Positions 49,603 through 60,167 of a stretch of 64,000 bases of DNA are shown here, one piece after another; positions within the stretch are counted from its first letter, which is position 1; every line of letters starts with the position of its first letter. The notes beneath the pieces were generated by a model, which was not told where the DNA came from, did no database searches, and was given only the letters and a program-made list of their open reading frames with translations. The stretch spans positions 32,001 through 96,000 of the forward strand of contig JBEKHN010000002.1 of assembly GCA_050012255.1 (NCBI GenBank), in the 5' to 3' direction. Made by a program: the position numbers and the translations under genes. The stretch is from Candidatus Bathyarchaeia archaeon. Its GTDB lineage: Archaea > Thermoproteota > Bathyarchaeia > Bathyarchaeales > Bathycorpusculaceae.

Positions 49603-49707
49603 CTCATACATCCTCCTCACTGTGAAATGATGTTCATATATTACGAAGCGCAATATATCGAAGTAAAATATAAATATTCCGATTACATCCAGTAAGGCTG
49701 AAAGACG

Positions 49708-50316
49708 ATGACTTCAGAAGAAGAAAAGACGGCTGCACATTGGCTTAAGGAAACCCAGAAGGGCTACATCCGAATTGCGGTTCTGATTCTTCTAAGTAAG
49801 AAGCCATATCATGGCTACGAAATAATGAGAGAGATTAAAGAGAGGACTGGGGGCTTCTGGAGGCCGACGGCTGGCGGCATCTATCCCATACTTCAAAACT
49901 TGGAAAAGTCCGGGTACATAGAGGGAGAATGGGATGTTCAAAAGAAGAGACGACGAAAAACATACGAGGTCACGGGGGCGGGCGAGTTGGTTCTTCAGCG
50001 AGCCCTTGGCAAAGAAAGTCAGATCGCCAACAGCATGAGCGACTTGCTCAGAGAGTTCATGAAAGACGTGTTGGACATAAGAATGAACCCGATTCCAGTG
50101 CCCAGGATACCGAACTTTTTCTCAGTCTTTCTCGAAGAGAGGAAGAGAAAACCTGAAGATACAGCCAGCGTTTTAGAGGGCAAGCGAGCACAGATTGAAG
50201 ATATGATAAAGAAGCTGCAAAAAGAGCGGGGAGCAATCAACAGAAGACTGACGCAGCTAAAGGAGCCGAAGAGAACAGAAACAATCAGCAAGGCCAGTCA
50301 TGGAAGGAGGCAGTGA
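49708..50316 (+). CDS. PadR-family regulator
   Basis: HGYEIM..WRPTAGGIYPIL motif. Confidence 0.9.
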   Translation: MTSEEEKTAAHWLKETQKGYIRIAVLILLSKKPYHGYEIMREIKERTGGFWRPTAGGIYPILQNLEKSGYIEGEWDVQKKRRRKTYEVTGAGELVLQRALGKESQIANSMSDLLREFMKDVLDIRMNPIPVPRIPNFFSVFLEERKRKPEDTASVLEGKRAQIEDMIKKLQKERGAINRRLTQLKEPKRTETISKASHGRRQ

Positions 50317-50451
50317 AGGTGTCCTTGATTCCGGATTCAAACCTTATCGGCGCAATAGTGAACATGACTTTTCTCCTTACATTGGGCAACACGATAGTAT
50401 CGCACAATAGTAATGGAGAAGTCTGATTGGAAATTTCCTATGAATTAAGTC

Positions 50452-51093
50452 ATGAAGGTGACAACGGCAACCTTGAATGCTGACTGGGACGACCTCACCA
50501 AGTCTTCGTTCAGTGAACGAGACGTTGACGTTCTAGATTTGATAACCGAAGAGGACTTGGTCCTGTTTACGTTCGATGGGCTTAAGAGAAGAATGGGTCT
50601 GCATCCTGAGACACTTTCCAGGATCCTTGGCAGGTTAGAGCAGGAGGGCATAGTGGAGAAGGGGCATGGAGGTTACAGGGTTACATCGAAGCTCAATGAA
50701 TTTCTAGGGCCACATTCGACCTGCAGCGATGAGTCTCGTGTTCCTTTGCTTCAGACATTTCTACCTTCTGATATGTCAGTTCAGAATCTGACCTCACAAC
50801 TAAGGGGAAGATGGTTCGGTCTGCTTCGTTGGCTAGGCCTCTCAGAGGGAAACGCACGCGAAGAGGTTACTTTGAAGTGGATCACGGAAGATGGCGGCAT
50901 TCAAGTTGACGCTAAAGTATCGGACAGAGCGCTGACGATTGAGGCCAAGTTTTTGCATGATAAGGACTTGAACATGGCTTTGAGGGCCTCTTATCAGCTT
51001 GTGGCTTACATAGGCAAACTCTGTTCAAGCTCGCGGTTGATCAGACGTGTGGCCTACGTGGGCGATTTCGACGTGCATCTGACGCCAGCGTAG
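50452..51093 (+). CDS. wHTH-containing hypothetical protein
   Basis: FDGLKRRMGLHPETLSRILGRLEQEG..GYRV. Confidence 0.7.
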   Translation: MKVTTATLNADWDDLTKSSFSERDVDVLDLITEEDLVLFTFDGLKRRMGLHPETLSRILGRLEQEGIVEKGHGGYRVTSKLNEFLGPHSTCSDESRVPLLQTFLPSDMSVQNLTSQLRGRWFGLLRWLGLSEGNAREEVTLKWITEDGGIQVDAKVSDRALTIEAKFLHDKDLNMALRASYQLVAYIGKLCSSSRLIRRVAYVGDFDVHLTPA

Positions 51094-51164
51094 TGTGACC
51101 GACTTTCTGCTTTCCTTAGTCAACAAATACGACGCCGGCTTCTCATATTTTGAGGTGAAAAAGT

Positions 51165-52094
51165 ATGAGTCAGTCAATTAATCCTTTGCAGGTGTTGAAG
51201 TCGCTCTCTGACGCTACTACTGAACTCGTGCGAAAACTGACACCGTCCTTGGTCAGCGTGAACACAACGATGACAAGAGGCACAGGCGTCGTCTTCAGTT
51301 CGGAGGGCTACATAGTGACGTGCAACCATGTTCTCGGAAGAAGCGCCTCCATCAGAATCGGCTCTGGAGAAAAAATCCTTGAAGCCAAGACAGTGGGTGT
51401 TGACCCCTATTCCGACATAGCACTGCTCAAGGCAGAACAGGCAAACCTCAAACCAATAGAACTCGGCGATTCCGAAACACTGAGCACAGGCCAGTTCGTA
51501 CTAGCCCTAGCCAACCCGTTCAACAGACAACCAAGCGCAACAACCGGCATAATCACAAACGTGGGAAGCACACTCAGAGGATGGAGAGGAACAGCGATGG
51601 AAGATGTAATAGCCACCGATGCTAGGCTCAATCCAGGCTTTTCTGGTGGGCCGTTGGTCGACGTTTCTGGCAAGATGATAGGCCTCAACACAGCATTCGT
51701 CTGGTCTCGTGGCATAGCGATTCCAGTCAACAAGGTGAAAGGCATCATCGACAGGCTCATGACTGGAGGAAAAATCAGAAGAGCATACTTGGGCATAGTG
51801 TCGAACACTGTTTTAATCCCGCAGGAAATCGCGAGTCAATCACGTATCAACCAGAACGCAGGAGTCATGGTTTTCTCAGTCGAGCAGGGTACACCAGCGA
51901 AAAAAGCCGGTCTAGCAATGGGCGACGTGATAGTGAAGTTCAACGAAAGCCCCGTCACAAGCTTCTACGACCTTCCGAGACTTCTGACCGAAAATGTGAT
52001 CGGAAAAAGGACAAAGCTCTCGATCCTTCGCGGAGAGAAACTGATGGAGCTCACCGTCCTTCCAAGCGCGGCTGAGGGTGAAGAAGATGCATGA
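51165..52094 (+). CDS. HtrA/DegP-like S1C protease with PDZ domain, no signal peptide
   Basis: TCNHV, DIALL, NPGFSGG and a C-terminal PDZ. Confidence 0.9.
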   Translation: MSQSINPLQVLKSLSDATTELVRKLTPSLVSVNTTMTRGTGVVFSSEGYIVTCNHVLGRSASIRIGSGEKILEAKTVGVDPYSDIALLKAEQANLKPIELGDSETLSTGQFVLALANPFNRQPSATTGIITNVGSTLRGWRGTAMEDVIATDARLNPGFSGGPLVDVSGKMIGLNTAFVWSRGIAIPVNKVKGIIDRLMTGGKIRRAYLGIVSNTVLIPQEIASQSRINQNAGVMVFSVEQGTPAKKAGLAMGDVIVKFNESPVTSFYDLPRLLTENVIGKRTKLSILRGEKLMELTVLPSAAEGEEDA

Positions 52095-52244
52095 GAGGTT
52101 CTCAATGAATTCGGAGAGCGAACTGGAACCCTCACCGCTTCCACGGCCCAGACCGCTCCGTCCTTTTCCCTCGCCGCTACCACACATTAGCGCCAGTTCA
52201 ACTTCACAACTTTCCTTTCGCATATTCCTGCGGAAAGACTGGAA

Positions 52245-52355
52245 CTAGTAGAAGGCGAAGCTGAAGGTTTTAGCCCCGATGAATGGACAGCTCTGAAGTC
52301 GAAGATAGGCATTAAGTAGCACCCACATTTCACCGTTACACTCAGGACACTTCAT
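52245..52355 (-). pseudogene. Short CPxC zinc-finger ORF or relic
   Basis: Manual translation MKCPECNGEM.., 36 aa, with the second Cys pair incomplete. Confidence 0.35.
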
Positions 52356-52388
52356 TCATTCAAGAACGACATTTGTCTTTTGCGTGTG

Positions 52389-54335
52389 CTAGACATTTAC
52401 GCGCTTTAGGCGTAAGGTGTTCAGAAGCACCAGCAAGGTCAAACCGTCATCGCCTGAGGCTACTGCAAACCATAGAGGAGTCAAGCCGATCAGCCCCAGC
52501 GCACCCAAGACCACCTTAACGGCAATGGACGCAACAATATTCTGTTTTGCGATCTTGACGGTCTTATCGCTTAACTTGATCATGTATGGAATCTGGATCA
52601 GCTTGTCTTTGACTAGAACAACGTCAGCAGACTCCAGAGCGACATCGACGCCTCTGCCTCCCATTGCAATGCCCACGTCAGAGGCGGCCAGCGCCGGAGC
52701 ATCGTTAACTCCGTCGCCCACCATTGCCACCTGTCCATGCCTAGCTCTTATCTCGCTTAGAACTGTCAGCTTGTCTTCGGGAAGAAGCTCCGCATGGACC
52801 TCATTCATGCCCAGTCTCGCAGAGATTTCACTGGCGATCTCAGTCTTGTCTCCGGTGAGCATCGCTGTGTGGATACCAGCTCTTTTCAAAGCTTCTACTG
52901 TTTCAACAGCATCGTTTCGAATTTCATCAGTCACGCAGATGGTTGCCACGGCAGACTTGTCAATCGACACACAGATGAACGTGTGTTCATCGTTCTCGTA
53001 GATCTCAGCTATCTGGTCACAGTTGCAAACGTTTTCTTCCATTAGTTCCATGTTTCCAACGGCCACGTGAGCGTCATCAACGTAGCCGATGAGCCCCTTG
53101 CCTGGAACCTCCTTCACTTCCCTAACTTCCAGTTTACTGAAATCCAAGTTGCGCTCAGCTGCCTTTCTCACGATGGTCTGAGCAAGGGGGTGGTGAGAAT
53201 ACTGTTCGAGGGCAGCAGCGTACATCAGCGCACGCGACCCTGCAGGCTCAACGTCGTTCACGTTGTGCACTGTGGGCTCGCCGAAGGTCAGTGTTCCAGT
53301 CTTGTCGAAAACAACCGACTTGACCTTAGCCAATTTCTCGATGTAGATGCCGCCCTTGACGATCACTCCCTTTCTCGCGGCAATCGTTACTGCCGTGAAA
53401 ACGGTTGCTGGAACCGAGATGATGAATGCACTCGGGCATGCGATCACCAGAAGCGTTAAGGATCTGTAGAGCCAGGTTTCGAATGGCCCACCAAAAACTC
53501 TCGGAAACACCAGCGCCGTCAGGACGGCTAAGGATATGACTATAGGGATGTAGATGCGGGCAAACTTGTCAACTAGTTTTTCGACGGATGCCTTTCTTTT
53601 CCTAGATTCGATGACAAGCCTACCAATCCTCGAAGCCAAAGTATCTTGAGACCCAGTCTTCACAATGACCTTAAGAACACCATTCAAGTTCAACGTGCCC
53701 GCGTAAACATAGTCATTGACCGCTTTTGTCATAGCAACTGATTCCCCTGTGATGAGAGACTGATCAACAAGAGAGTTGCCATCGACCACAACCCCATCGA
53801 GAGGTATCCTCTCACCGGGCTTCAGAAGGACAATCATACCTGGCTGAACTTCCTTCACACCAACGCTCGTCTCAGCGCCACCGACTAACACTGTTGCCTT
53901 ATCCGGCATAAACTGCGAAAGTCTCTCAACCGTCTTCCGAGCCCTGTCTTCGATAAAACCCTCAAAATACTCGGCCAACGCGTAAAGAAAAAGCACGGTC
54001 ACAGCTTCGAAGAGAAAACCCAGATAAGCAGCACCAAACGCAGCTGCTGACATTAGAAACTCGACCGAGAACCTCTTCTCGGCAACCAGCTCTTTTAACG
54101 CTAAAAGCCCTACGTATACGCCTGCGCTAATGATTGCCAAATAATACATTATCCTTGAGATCGTTGCAGGCTCGTTGAGCAAAGGTAAGCTGAAGCCCAA
54201 CGGAATTCCATGAAACAAGAGATCAAGCGCAGTAGTTGCTAGGATAGTGAGACCCAACGCTACAGCAAGCAACATCCACTTCTGTCTGTTCGTTCCTTTG
54301 TAAACCATTGTCTGCTCTTCATCCCTGCAAGCCAT
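52389..54335 (-). CDS. P1B heavy-metal ATPase (ZntA/CadA-like, CPS motif)
   Basis: TGES, ACPSA, DKTGT, HP, GDGVND, a TM Lys and DDG. No N-terminal metal-binding domain. Confidence 0.88.
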   Translation of the reverse strand: MACRDEEQTMVYKGTNRQKWMLLAVALGLTILATTALDLLFHGIPLGFSLPLLNEPATISRIMYYLAIISAGVYVGLLALKELVAEKRFSVEFLMSAAAFGAAYLGFLFEAVTVLFLYALAEYFEGFIEDRARKTVERLSQFMPDKATVLVGGAETSVGVKEVQPGMIVLLKPGERIPLDGVVVDGNSLVDQSLITGESVAMTKAVNDYVYAGTLNLNGVLKVIVKTGSQDTLASRIGRLVIESRKRKASVEKLVDKFARIYIPIVISLAVLTALVFPRVFGGPFETWLYRSLTLLVIACPSAFIISVPATVFTAVTIAARKGVIVKGGIYIEKLAKVKSVVFDKTGTLTFGEPTVHNVNDVEPAGSRALMYAAALEQYSHHPLAQTIVRKAAERNLDFSKLEVREVKEVPGKGLIGYVDDAHVAVGNMELMEENVCNCDQIAEIYENDEHTFICVSIDKSAVATICVTDEIRNDAVETVEALKRAGIHTAMLTGDKTEIASEISARLGMNEVHAELLPEDKLTVLSEIRARHGQVAMVGDGVNDAPALAASDVGIAMGGRGVDVALESADVVLVKDKLIQIPYMIKLSDKTVKIAKQNIVASIAVKVVLGALGLIGLTPLWFAVASGDDGLTLLVLLNTLRLKRVNV

Positions 54336-54443
54336 CTGCTGTCAGCCTTAAGTCATGAAGGCCCAATTCGCGATATTAATCTAGTGCTGATGAATACGAG
54401 CAAAATATTAATATATTAATAATATCATTGTGCTAAGTTAATA

Positions 54444-54860
54444 TTGCAGAGGGTGAAAAACATCACCGTGATTAGCATTACGCTTCCAAACGACCTTCTC
54501 ATTAGGTTCGACGACTTCATGAAAGCTCGAGGTTACTACAGTCGGTCAGAAGCCTTTCGAGACGCCGTGAGAAACTTGATTGCTGAGGCTGACATTGCAA
54601 AACTGGAAACTGGCGTCGTGGCTGCAACGATAATGATCACCTCTGACTACGCGAGAAGAGATGTTGATCTAAGAATGACTGAAGTCAGACATGAATTTGA
54701 CGACGTAGTAGTAGAAAACGTTCACAGACACATTGACGACAAGTATTGCCTAGAAATCTTCATAGCGCAGGGAAAAAACGAAAGAATACTTGACCTGATC
54801 GGAAGAGTCAGAGGAATGCGCGGCATTCAGCAGGTCAAAGCGATGTTCATGTCCTTATAG
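54444..54860 (+). CDS. nikR: NikR-family regulator
   Basis: RHH ISITLP..SRSEAFRDAVR and the H..HxH..C nickel ligand pattern (RHE, VHRH, YCLE). Confidence 0.85.
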   Translation: MQRVKNITVISITLPNDLLIRFDDFMKARGYYSRSEAFRDAVRNLIAEADIAKLETGVVAATIMITSDYARRDVDLRMTEVRHEFDDVVVENVHRHIDDKYCLEIFIAQGKNERILDLIGRVRGMRGIQQVKAMFMSL

Positions 54861-54946
54861 CTATTGCCACAGCGTGGAGCGCGCGCTGAAGATCGAACAA
54901 CTTATATTTTGATTAAATCAACCAAGCATAAAATGAGGTTTCTGTT

Positions 54947-55669
54947 ATGACTTGCATTGTTGGAGTCGTTTGCCAAGACGGGATAGTGATAGTCGGTGAC
55001 AAGAAGGTGAAGGCTGGCGAGATGACTTACTATGAGAACAAGATAATCTCGGTTGAAAAATATGAGAACTTGGTGGTCGCCGCCGCTGGATTCTTGGATA
55101 TACGTGAGAAGTTTGTCCAAGACATAAGAAACTTGCACGTCCTAGAGAAAAAGGGGGTGGTGAAGAAAGACCCGTCAAGAGGATTCGTTGGCCTGACTGA
55201 GGATGTTGCTCACAGAATATACGAGATCTACGGTCCTCGCTACAAGGCTGAGGGCTTTGACTACGAGTCTGAGGCTTTTGAAGCGCTTGTGTGTCATAAG
55301 CCCAAGTTGGCTCGCCCCTTCTTGTATTGCGTCGATGCGGTGGGAACATCAAGCAAAGTTAACGACTACAAAGTCATAGGAACTGGGGCACAGTATGCCT
55401 ACGTTTTCATCAAACCATCCTATTCCAGCAAATCAGTTATGGACGACATGGCAGTTATCACCACGTTCATCATTCGCCTAATAGACGAGTGCAAAATAGA
55501 CGATTCGATCGGAGCAGACGAAGAGGGCAAGGTTCAAATCTGGAAATTCCCGAACCGGGCTGATCCATACGAGGTCGACGGTTCAGAGCTCAAGAAGCTC
55601 TTGGATGATGCTGAAAATCGGCTAAAGAGGTTCAGCAATTTCCTGATTCAAGGAAGAATGGGCTCCTGA
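54947..55669 (+). CDS. Divergent proteasome-beta-like Ntn (Thr) hydrolase
   Basis: M-TCIVG..DGIVIVGDKK..KI..AG..D..G..IGTG pattern. Confidence 0.7.
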   Translation: MTCIVGVVCQDGIVIVGDKKVKAGEMTYYENKIISVEKYENLVVAAAGFLDIREKFVQDIRNLHVLEKKGVVKKDPSRGFVGLTEDVAHRIYEIYGPRYKAEGFDYESEAFEALVCHKPKLARPFLYCVDAVGTSSKVNDYKVIGTGAQYAYVFIKPSYSSKSVMDDMAVITTFIIRLIDECKIDDSIGADEEGKVQIWKFPNRADPYEVDGSELKKLLDDAENRLKRFSNFLIQGRMGS

Positions 55670-55706
55670 AAAAGCTCTGATAAACGCGCGTTGCTCAGAA
55701 CGTGCC

Positions 55707-56243
55707 CTAGGAAGGAAATGCCTCCTTCAGAAAACTGTACGTTCTTTCTCCTTTTCTCAACAGCCTAAACAGTCCTCTATTTGTGATTTTTGAAATTATC
55801 TCGTGCTCTTTCATGTGATGGTCGCTGAACGACAAGACTCCATCTGGCTTCAAAACACGGTTCAGTTCTTCCAACACGCCGTTCGGATCCACTAAGTCGT
55901 GAAAGGTATCGTACAGCAAAACCACGTCTATGCTCTCCTCCGGCAACCCAGTCTTGCGGTCGGAGAGAATCGTTTCCACGTTTGCGAGGCCGTGCTTTTC
56001 CGCAATTTTCTTAACGCTCTCAACGGCAAGCGGCTCGATGTCCAAGGCATAAACCTTTCCAGACTCGCCAACGACCTCAGAGACAGCTCTCACATAGCTG
56101 CCTGGTCCACAACCATAATCAAGCACGTGAAAACCTTCTTTTGCCCCTGCTTCCTTCACAATGTCACTGCGCGGCCTCAAGAAATCCCGTATCCTGAAAG
56201 TGAAAGCCATAGCCTTGAAACCAAAGTCGGACATTAGCCTCAC
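55707..56243 (-). CDS. Class I SAM-dependent methyltransferase
   Basis: VLDYGCGPG, ALDI and LKPDG motifs. Confidence 0.88.
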   Translation of the reverse strand: MRLMSDFGFKAMAFTFRIRDFLRPRSDIVKEAGAKEGFHVLDYGCGPGSYVRAVSEVVGESGKVYALDIEPLAVESVKKIAEKHGLANVETILSDRKTGLPEESIDVVLLYDTFHDLVDPNGVLEELNRVLKPDGVLSFSDHHMKEHEIISKITNRGLFRLLRKGERTYSFLKEAFPS

Positions 56244-56408
56244 GCCACCATCGTCAGTTTAACACGAATGTCAGGTCAATTCGACGATAAAGCTCTTCAC
56301 TCCTTTTTCTATCTTATTTCTGATCTCCGCAAGGCTGCCAAAATTGCGGAATAATTGGATAGCATTTCTCAGATGAAGTAGTCGCTGACGAGTGTCGACA
56401 AATATGAA

Positions 56409-56447
56409 TGTATATGCAAAGTGTAAATGCAAAATGTATTTGCAAAG
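56409..56447 (+). repeat. Three tandem 13-bp units TGTAWWTGCAAAR
   Basis: TGTATATGCAAAG, TGTAAATGCAAAA, TGTATTTGCAAAG. Confidence 0.8.
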
Positions 56448-56664
56448 ACCCCGTGCATCCGCAGAATCGTAGCACCTGCTTCTGGACGCCTGCGGCATGC
56501 CGAAAACAAGAGAACACTCCTCGTCAGCCTGTTGCTAACTCCTTCGGCTCTTTCCCTCCTAGCTGAAGCACTGGATTGATACAAGTTTGTTAAACAGCCC
56601 TTCTCTAAGGGGCACTGCTTAATTAGGAACAAGCGCGCAAGTTGTTGCGCGTGGAGGGCACCTG

Positions 56665-57915
56665 TTGAAGGTTGGTTTTTTTGTCTGGGAGTATCCGCCA
56701 CAGCTCGTAGGCGGGCTCGGAACTTACGCTGAGTACATAACTCACGAGTTTGTTGAAATGGGCCATGATGTGGCCGTTTTTACTCTAAACCCGGGAGAAT
56801 TGAAGACACGTGAAATTATGAAAGGGGTAGAAGTTCATCGTCCCATGATAGCCGACGCAAGCAACGTCTTCCCGATGTTCGTCACGGAAGACTTGGTAAA
56901 ATGGGGAACCAACATCCGGTTCTTCAGCGACATTTTCATGTACAACGTTCTGAGCGCCACCAAATTCATCAATGGGCTGATCAAGAAAGAAGGCAGCAAA
57001 TTCGATGTCGTCTGCGTTCACGACTGGCTGAGTAGCATCGCCGGCATCATAACCAAGAATGAGACGAGAATCCCCGTGGTCTTTCACGTTCACAGCACCG
57101 AGTGGGGAAGAAGCGGAGGACAGGGCTCGGAAGTGGTTTCTCATTTTGAGCAGGCAACAGCGCAACTGGCCGACCACATAATAACCGTAAGCTACGCGAT
57201 GCACGACGACCTTACTCGCCACGGGTGGAATGAATCCAAGATCAGCGTCGTCTGGAACGGTGTCGACGAGGAACGCTACAATCCCAAGAACTGTAGTCAA
57301 GAAGCAATCGATGGATTAAGAGAAAAGTATGGCGTTCAAAAGGATTGGAATCTGCTGTTGTTCGTCGGTAGGCTCACCTGGGTTAAAAGCGTCAGGAACT
57401 TGGTGCAGGCTATTCCGATGGTTCTAAAGGAGTACCCGAAAACCAAGCTTGTCATTTTGGGCAGGGGAGAAGAGCAAAAGGACATATTGGAGATGGCGGC
57501 CAGGCTTGGAATCAGAGAGAACGTTAGCTGCCGCTTCGAATTTGTTCCAGAAGACGAAAGAATTCTGCACTACGCAGCGGCTGACCTCTGCGTTTTTCCC
57601 TCCGTGTACGAACCGTTCGGCATCGTAAGCCTTGAAGCGATGGCCATGGAGAAACCAATAGTCGTCGGCGCCCATGGAGTGGTTGGGTTCCGAGAGCAGG
57701 TCATCCCTTCTGGTCCCAATCAAACTGGAATTCACATAAACGGTGAAGAACCAACCGACATAGCCTGGGGAATAAAAGAGACGCTAAAGGACCCACAGAG
57801 GGCAAAAACATGGGGCGAAAACGGACGAAGAAGAGCTCTTGAATTCTTCACCTGGAGAAAGGTTGCAGAACAAACAATTGACATTTACAAGTCCGTTATT
57901 AGTAACAAGAGCTAG
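56665..57915 (+). CDS. GT4 glycosyltransferase (glycogen-synthase-like)
   Basis: WEYPP..GGLG, HDW, HSTE and YEPFGIVSLEAM motifs. Confidence 0.9.
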   Translation: MKVGFFVWEYPPQLVGGLGTYAEYITHEFVEMGHDVAVFTLNPGELKTREIMKGVEVHRPMIADASNVFPMFVTEDLVKWGTNIRFFSDIFMYNVLSATKFINGLIKKEGSKFDVVCVHDWLSSIAGIITKNETRIPVVFHVHSTEWGRSGGQGSEVVSHFEQATAQLADHIITVSYAMHDDLTRHGWNESKISVVWNGVDEERYNPKNCSQEAIDGLREKYGVQKDWNLLLFVGRLTWVKSVRNLVQAIPMVLKEYPKTKLVILGRGEEQKDILEMAARLGIRENVSCRFEFVPEDERILHYAAADLCVFPSVYEPFGIVSLEAMAMEKPIVVGAHGVVGFREQVIPSGPNQTGIHINGEEPTDIAWGIKETLKDPQRAKTWGENGRRRALEFFTWRKVAEQTIDIYKSVISNKS

Positions 57916-57965
57916 ACTGGCCCTCCTGTCATGCGCGCGACCTCATAGAGAGAGAAAGCAGTTTG

Positions 57966-59339
57966 TTATGTATCGGTAAGCTGTACAAGTTCCCTAATGC
58001 TATGTATCTCGATCAGATTGCTCGAATGCGGCTTGGAGGTTCTGAAGGCTGCGGTGAAGAGAACTGTGTCCTGGTCGTGGATAAGGCCTATTGAATGAAG
58101 CTTGTTCGCTGTGGCCAGAATTCGGTCATCTTCTTTGAGGTAGTCAAAGTGCACTGGGTGGACGCCGTAGGACAGTTCAAGTTGCTTCTTGACGCGGTTG
58201 ACAGGTGTGACGGCGATTATTTGTTGAGGGATCTTAAACCTTGAGATCATTCGAGCTGTGTAGCCTGACCTAGTCAGCGTGACGACTTTGTGCACGGGCA
58301 TTTCTTGGCATATCCTTTGAACCGCCTTGCTTACCGTGTCTGAGATGTTGACGAACCCCTCGTCTTCGACGTGACTTTCCACTGCCTTTTCAGTTTCTTT
58401 CGCAATTCTGGACATCATCAGGACAGATTCCACAGGGTACTGCCCCACTGCTGTCTCTCCTGAGAGCATCGTTACCTCTGTCCCATCAATTATTGCGTTG
58501 GCAACATCGCTGACTTCAGCCCTAGTCGGGATCGGCTGGTGCGTCATGGATTCAAGCATTTCCGTCGCCGTTACGACGATTTTTCCTCTCTGATTGCATT
58601 TTCTGATTATTGATTTCTGAACATGCGGGACCTTTTCAGGTTCTATTTCAACGCCCAGGTCGCCTCTTGCCACCATGATTCCGTCTGAGGCGTCAAGGAT
58701 CTCATTGAATTTGTCGACACCTTCAGAATTCTCGATCTTGGCGATGATTGCACCCTTAAAACCGTTGGCCTCTTTCCTCAGTTTAATGATGTCCTGGGCA
58801 CTTCTTGTGAACGAGAGAGCCATGAATTCAACATCGTTCTCTTTTGCAAAACCTATTATTTGAAGATCTTTTCTTGAGAGAGTTGGGACTGCGAGCTTCT
58901 TGTTCGGAATGTTGACTCCCTTTCCATCATCTACTTCGCCGCTTGTCTTTGCGAGCAGTTTCAAGACTTCTTTCTGTTTTTCCACGACCTGCGTTCTCAG
59001 CCTACCGTTGTCAACAAGAACAGTGTCTCCGACATCCACGTCTTCATAGATGTCGTTGTTGAAGCTTATTTTCTTGCCCTTGCCCAGTTCGAAAACGTCT
59101 CCCACGTTGACGATTTTCTTGCCCTTTGCTCTGAGCCTTATCTCAGGCCCTTTTAAGTCGACAACTATGGGAATGTCTGCGACTTCCCGCAGACGGCTAA
59201 CCATTATGCTGTACTCTTTGAGTGTCCCATAAGCCGTGTTTATTCTAGCACCGTTCATTCCCGCACGGTACATTTTCCTGAGCGTGTTTCGGGAAATGCT
59301 AGCTGGACCGATCGTGCAGATGATCTTGGTTTTTTTCAC
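57966..59339 (-). CDS. pyk: Pyruvate kinase
   Basis: TKIICTIGP, DLKGPEIR, AKIE, MVARGDLG and MLSGET motifs. Confidence 0.95.
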   Translation of the reverse strand: MKKTKIICTIGPASISRNTLRKMYRAGMNGARINTAYGTLKEYSIMVSRLREVADIPIVVDLKGPEIRLRAKGKKIVNVGDVFELGKGKKISFNNDIYEDVDVGDTVLVDNGRLRTQVVEKQKEVLKLLAKTSGEVDDGKGVNIPNKKLAVPTLSRKDLQIIGFAKENDVEFMALSFTRSAQDIIKLRKEANGFKGAIIAKIENSEGVDKFNEILDASDGIMVARGDLGVEIEPEKVPHVQKSIIRKCNQRGKIVVTATEMLESMTHQPIPTRAEVSDVANAIIDGTEVTMLSGETAVGQYPVESVLMMSRIAKETEKAVESHVEDEGFVNISDTVSKAVQRICQEMPVHKVVTLTRSGYTARMISRFKIPQQIIAVTPVNRVKKQLELSYGVHPVHFDYLKEDDRILATANKLHSIGLIHDQDTVLFTAAFRTSKPHSSNLIEIHSIRELVQLTDT

Positions 59340-59446
59340 TTACTCATGCTCCGATGTCTAGTTCAAAGGGACCGCTGCGAATTCACAGTGAAGAAGAGCG
59401 ATAAGTCCTATTTAGAAGATTGCGCTAGCTCGTATGGAGGAAGCCT

Positions 59447-60139
59447 TTGATGATCTGCAATCTGTTTGTCTTTAGACATGCTGAAACCACTGACAACAGC
59501 CGTGGAATATTCTCGGGCTGGCGCGACCCAGTGCTCACCTTGAAAGGGTTTTCGCAGGCACGGGAGATTGCAGAGCAACTTGGGAGAGACAAGATTGACT
59601 ATGCGTTTACCTCGCACCTTAAGAGAGCTCGAAAAACTCTTGAAATCGTTCTTGAGAAGCATCCTGCGATTCATGTTTTCACGGACGACCGCCTCATCGA
59701 ACGTTGCTACGGCTTGCTTCAGGGTAAAAGCAAGAGAAAGATTGCCGAGGAAAGGCCTGAATGGTTCGCTCAAATTCACAGGGGTTATGATTTTCCACCG
59801 CCGGAGGGAGAAAGTCTGAAGATGGTTGAAAATCGAACGTTGCCCTTCTTATTGCAGCTTGAAGAATGGCTCCGACAGAACCCGGGTAACGTGGCAATCT
59901 CGTGCCACGGTAACTCTCTGCGCCCAATTCGTCGAGTCTTTGAGCACCTAAGCTTAAAACAGATGCTTCAGATCGAGAACCCTCAAGACCGTGCAATGGC
60001 TTACGCGCTTCATGTGCACAGTATCAGTATTGAAAGCGCCAGGAAGAGCACCGCTGGAGTGGATTGGCAGGGCATATCTGTTCCGCGACAAGTGAAATTG
60101 GCAACAGATCAGCGAAACCCGTTGAAGAGATATTACTAA
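59447..60139 (+). CDS. Histidine-phosphatase family, dPGM-like phosphoglycerate mutase
   Basis: RHAET, ERCYG.LQG, PPEGESL and HGNSLR motifs. Confidence 0.85.
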   Translation: MMICNLFVFRHAETTDNSRGIFSGWRDPVLTLKGFSQAREIAEQLGRDKIDYAFTSHLKRARKTLEIVLEKHPAIHVFTDDRLIERCYGLLQGKSKRKIAEERPEWFAQIHRGYDFPPPEGESLKMVENRTLPFLLQLEEWLRQNPGNVAISCHGNSLRPIRRVFEHLSLKQMLQIENPQDRAMAYALHVHSISIESARKSTAGVDWQGISVPRQVKLATDQRNPLKRYY

Positions 60140-60167
60140 TTCTAAACAGGTAACGCGCCAAACAGTG

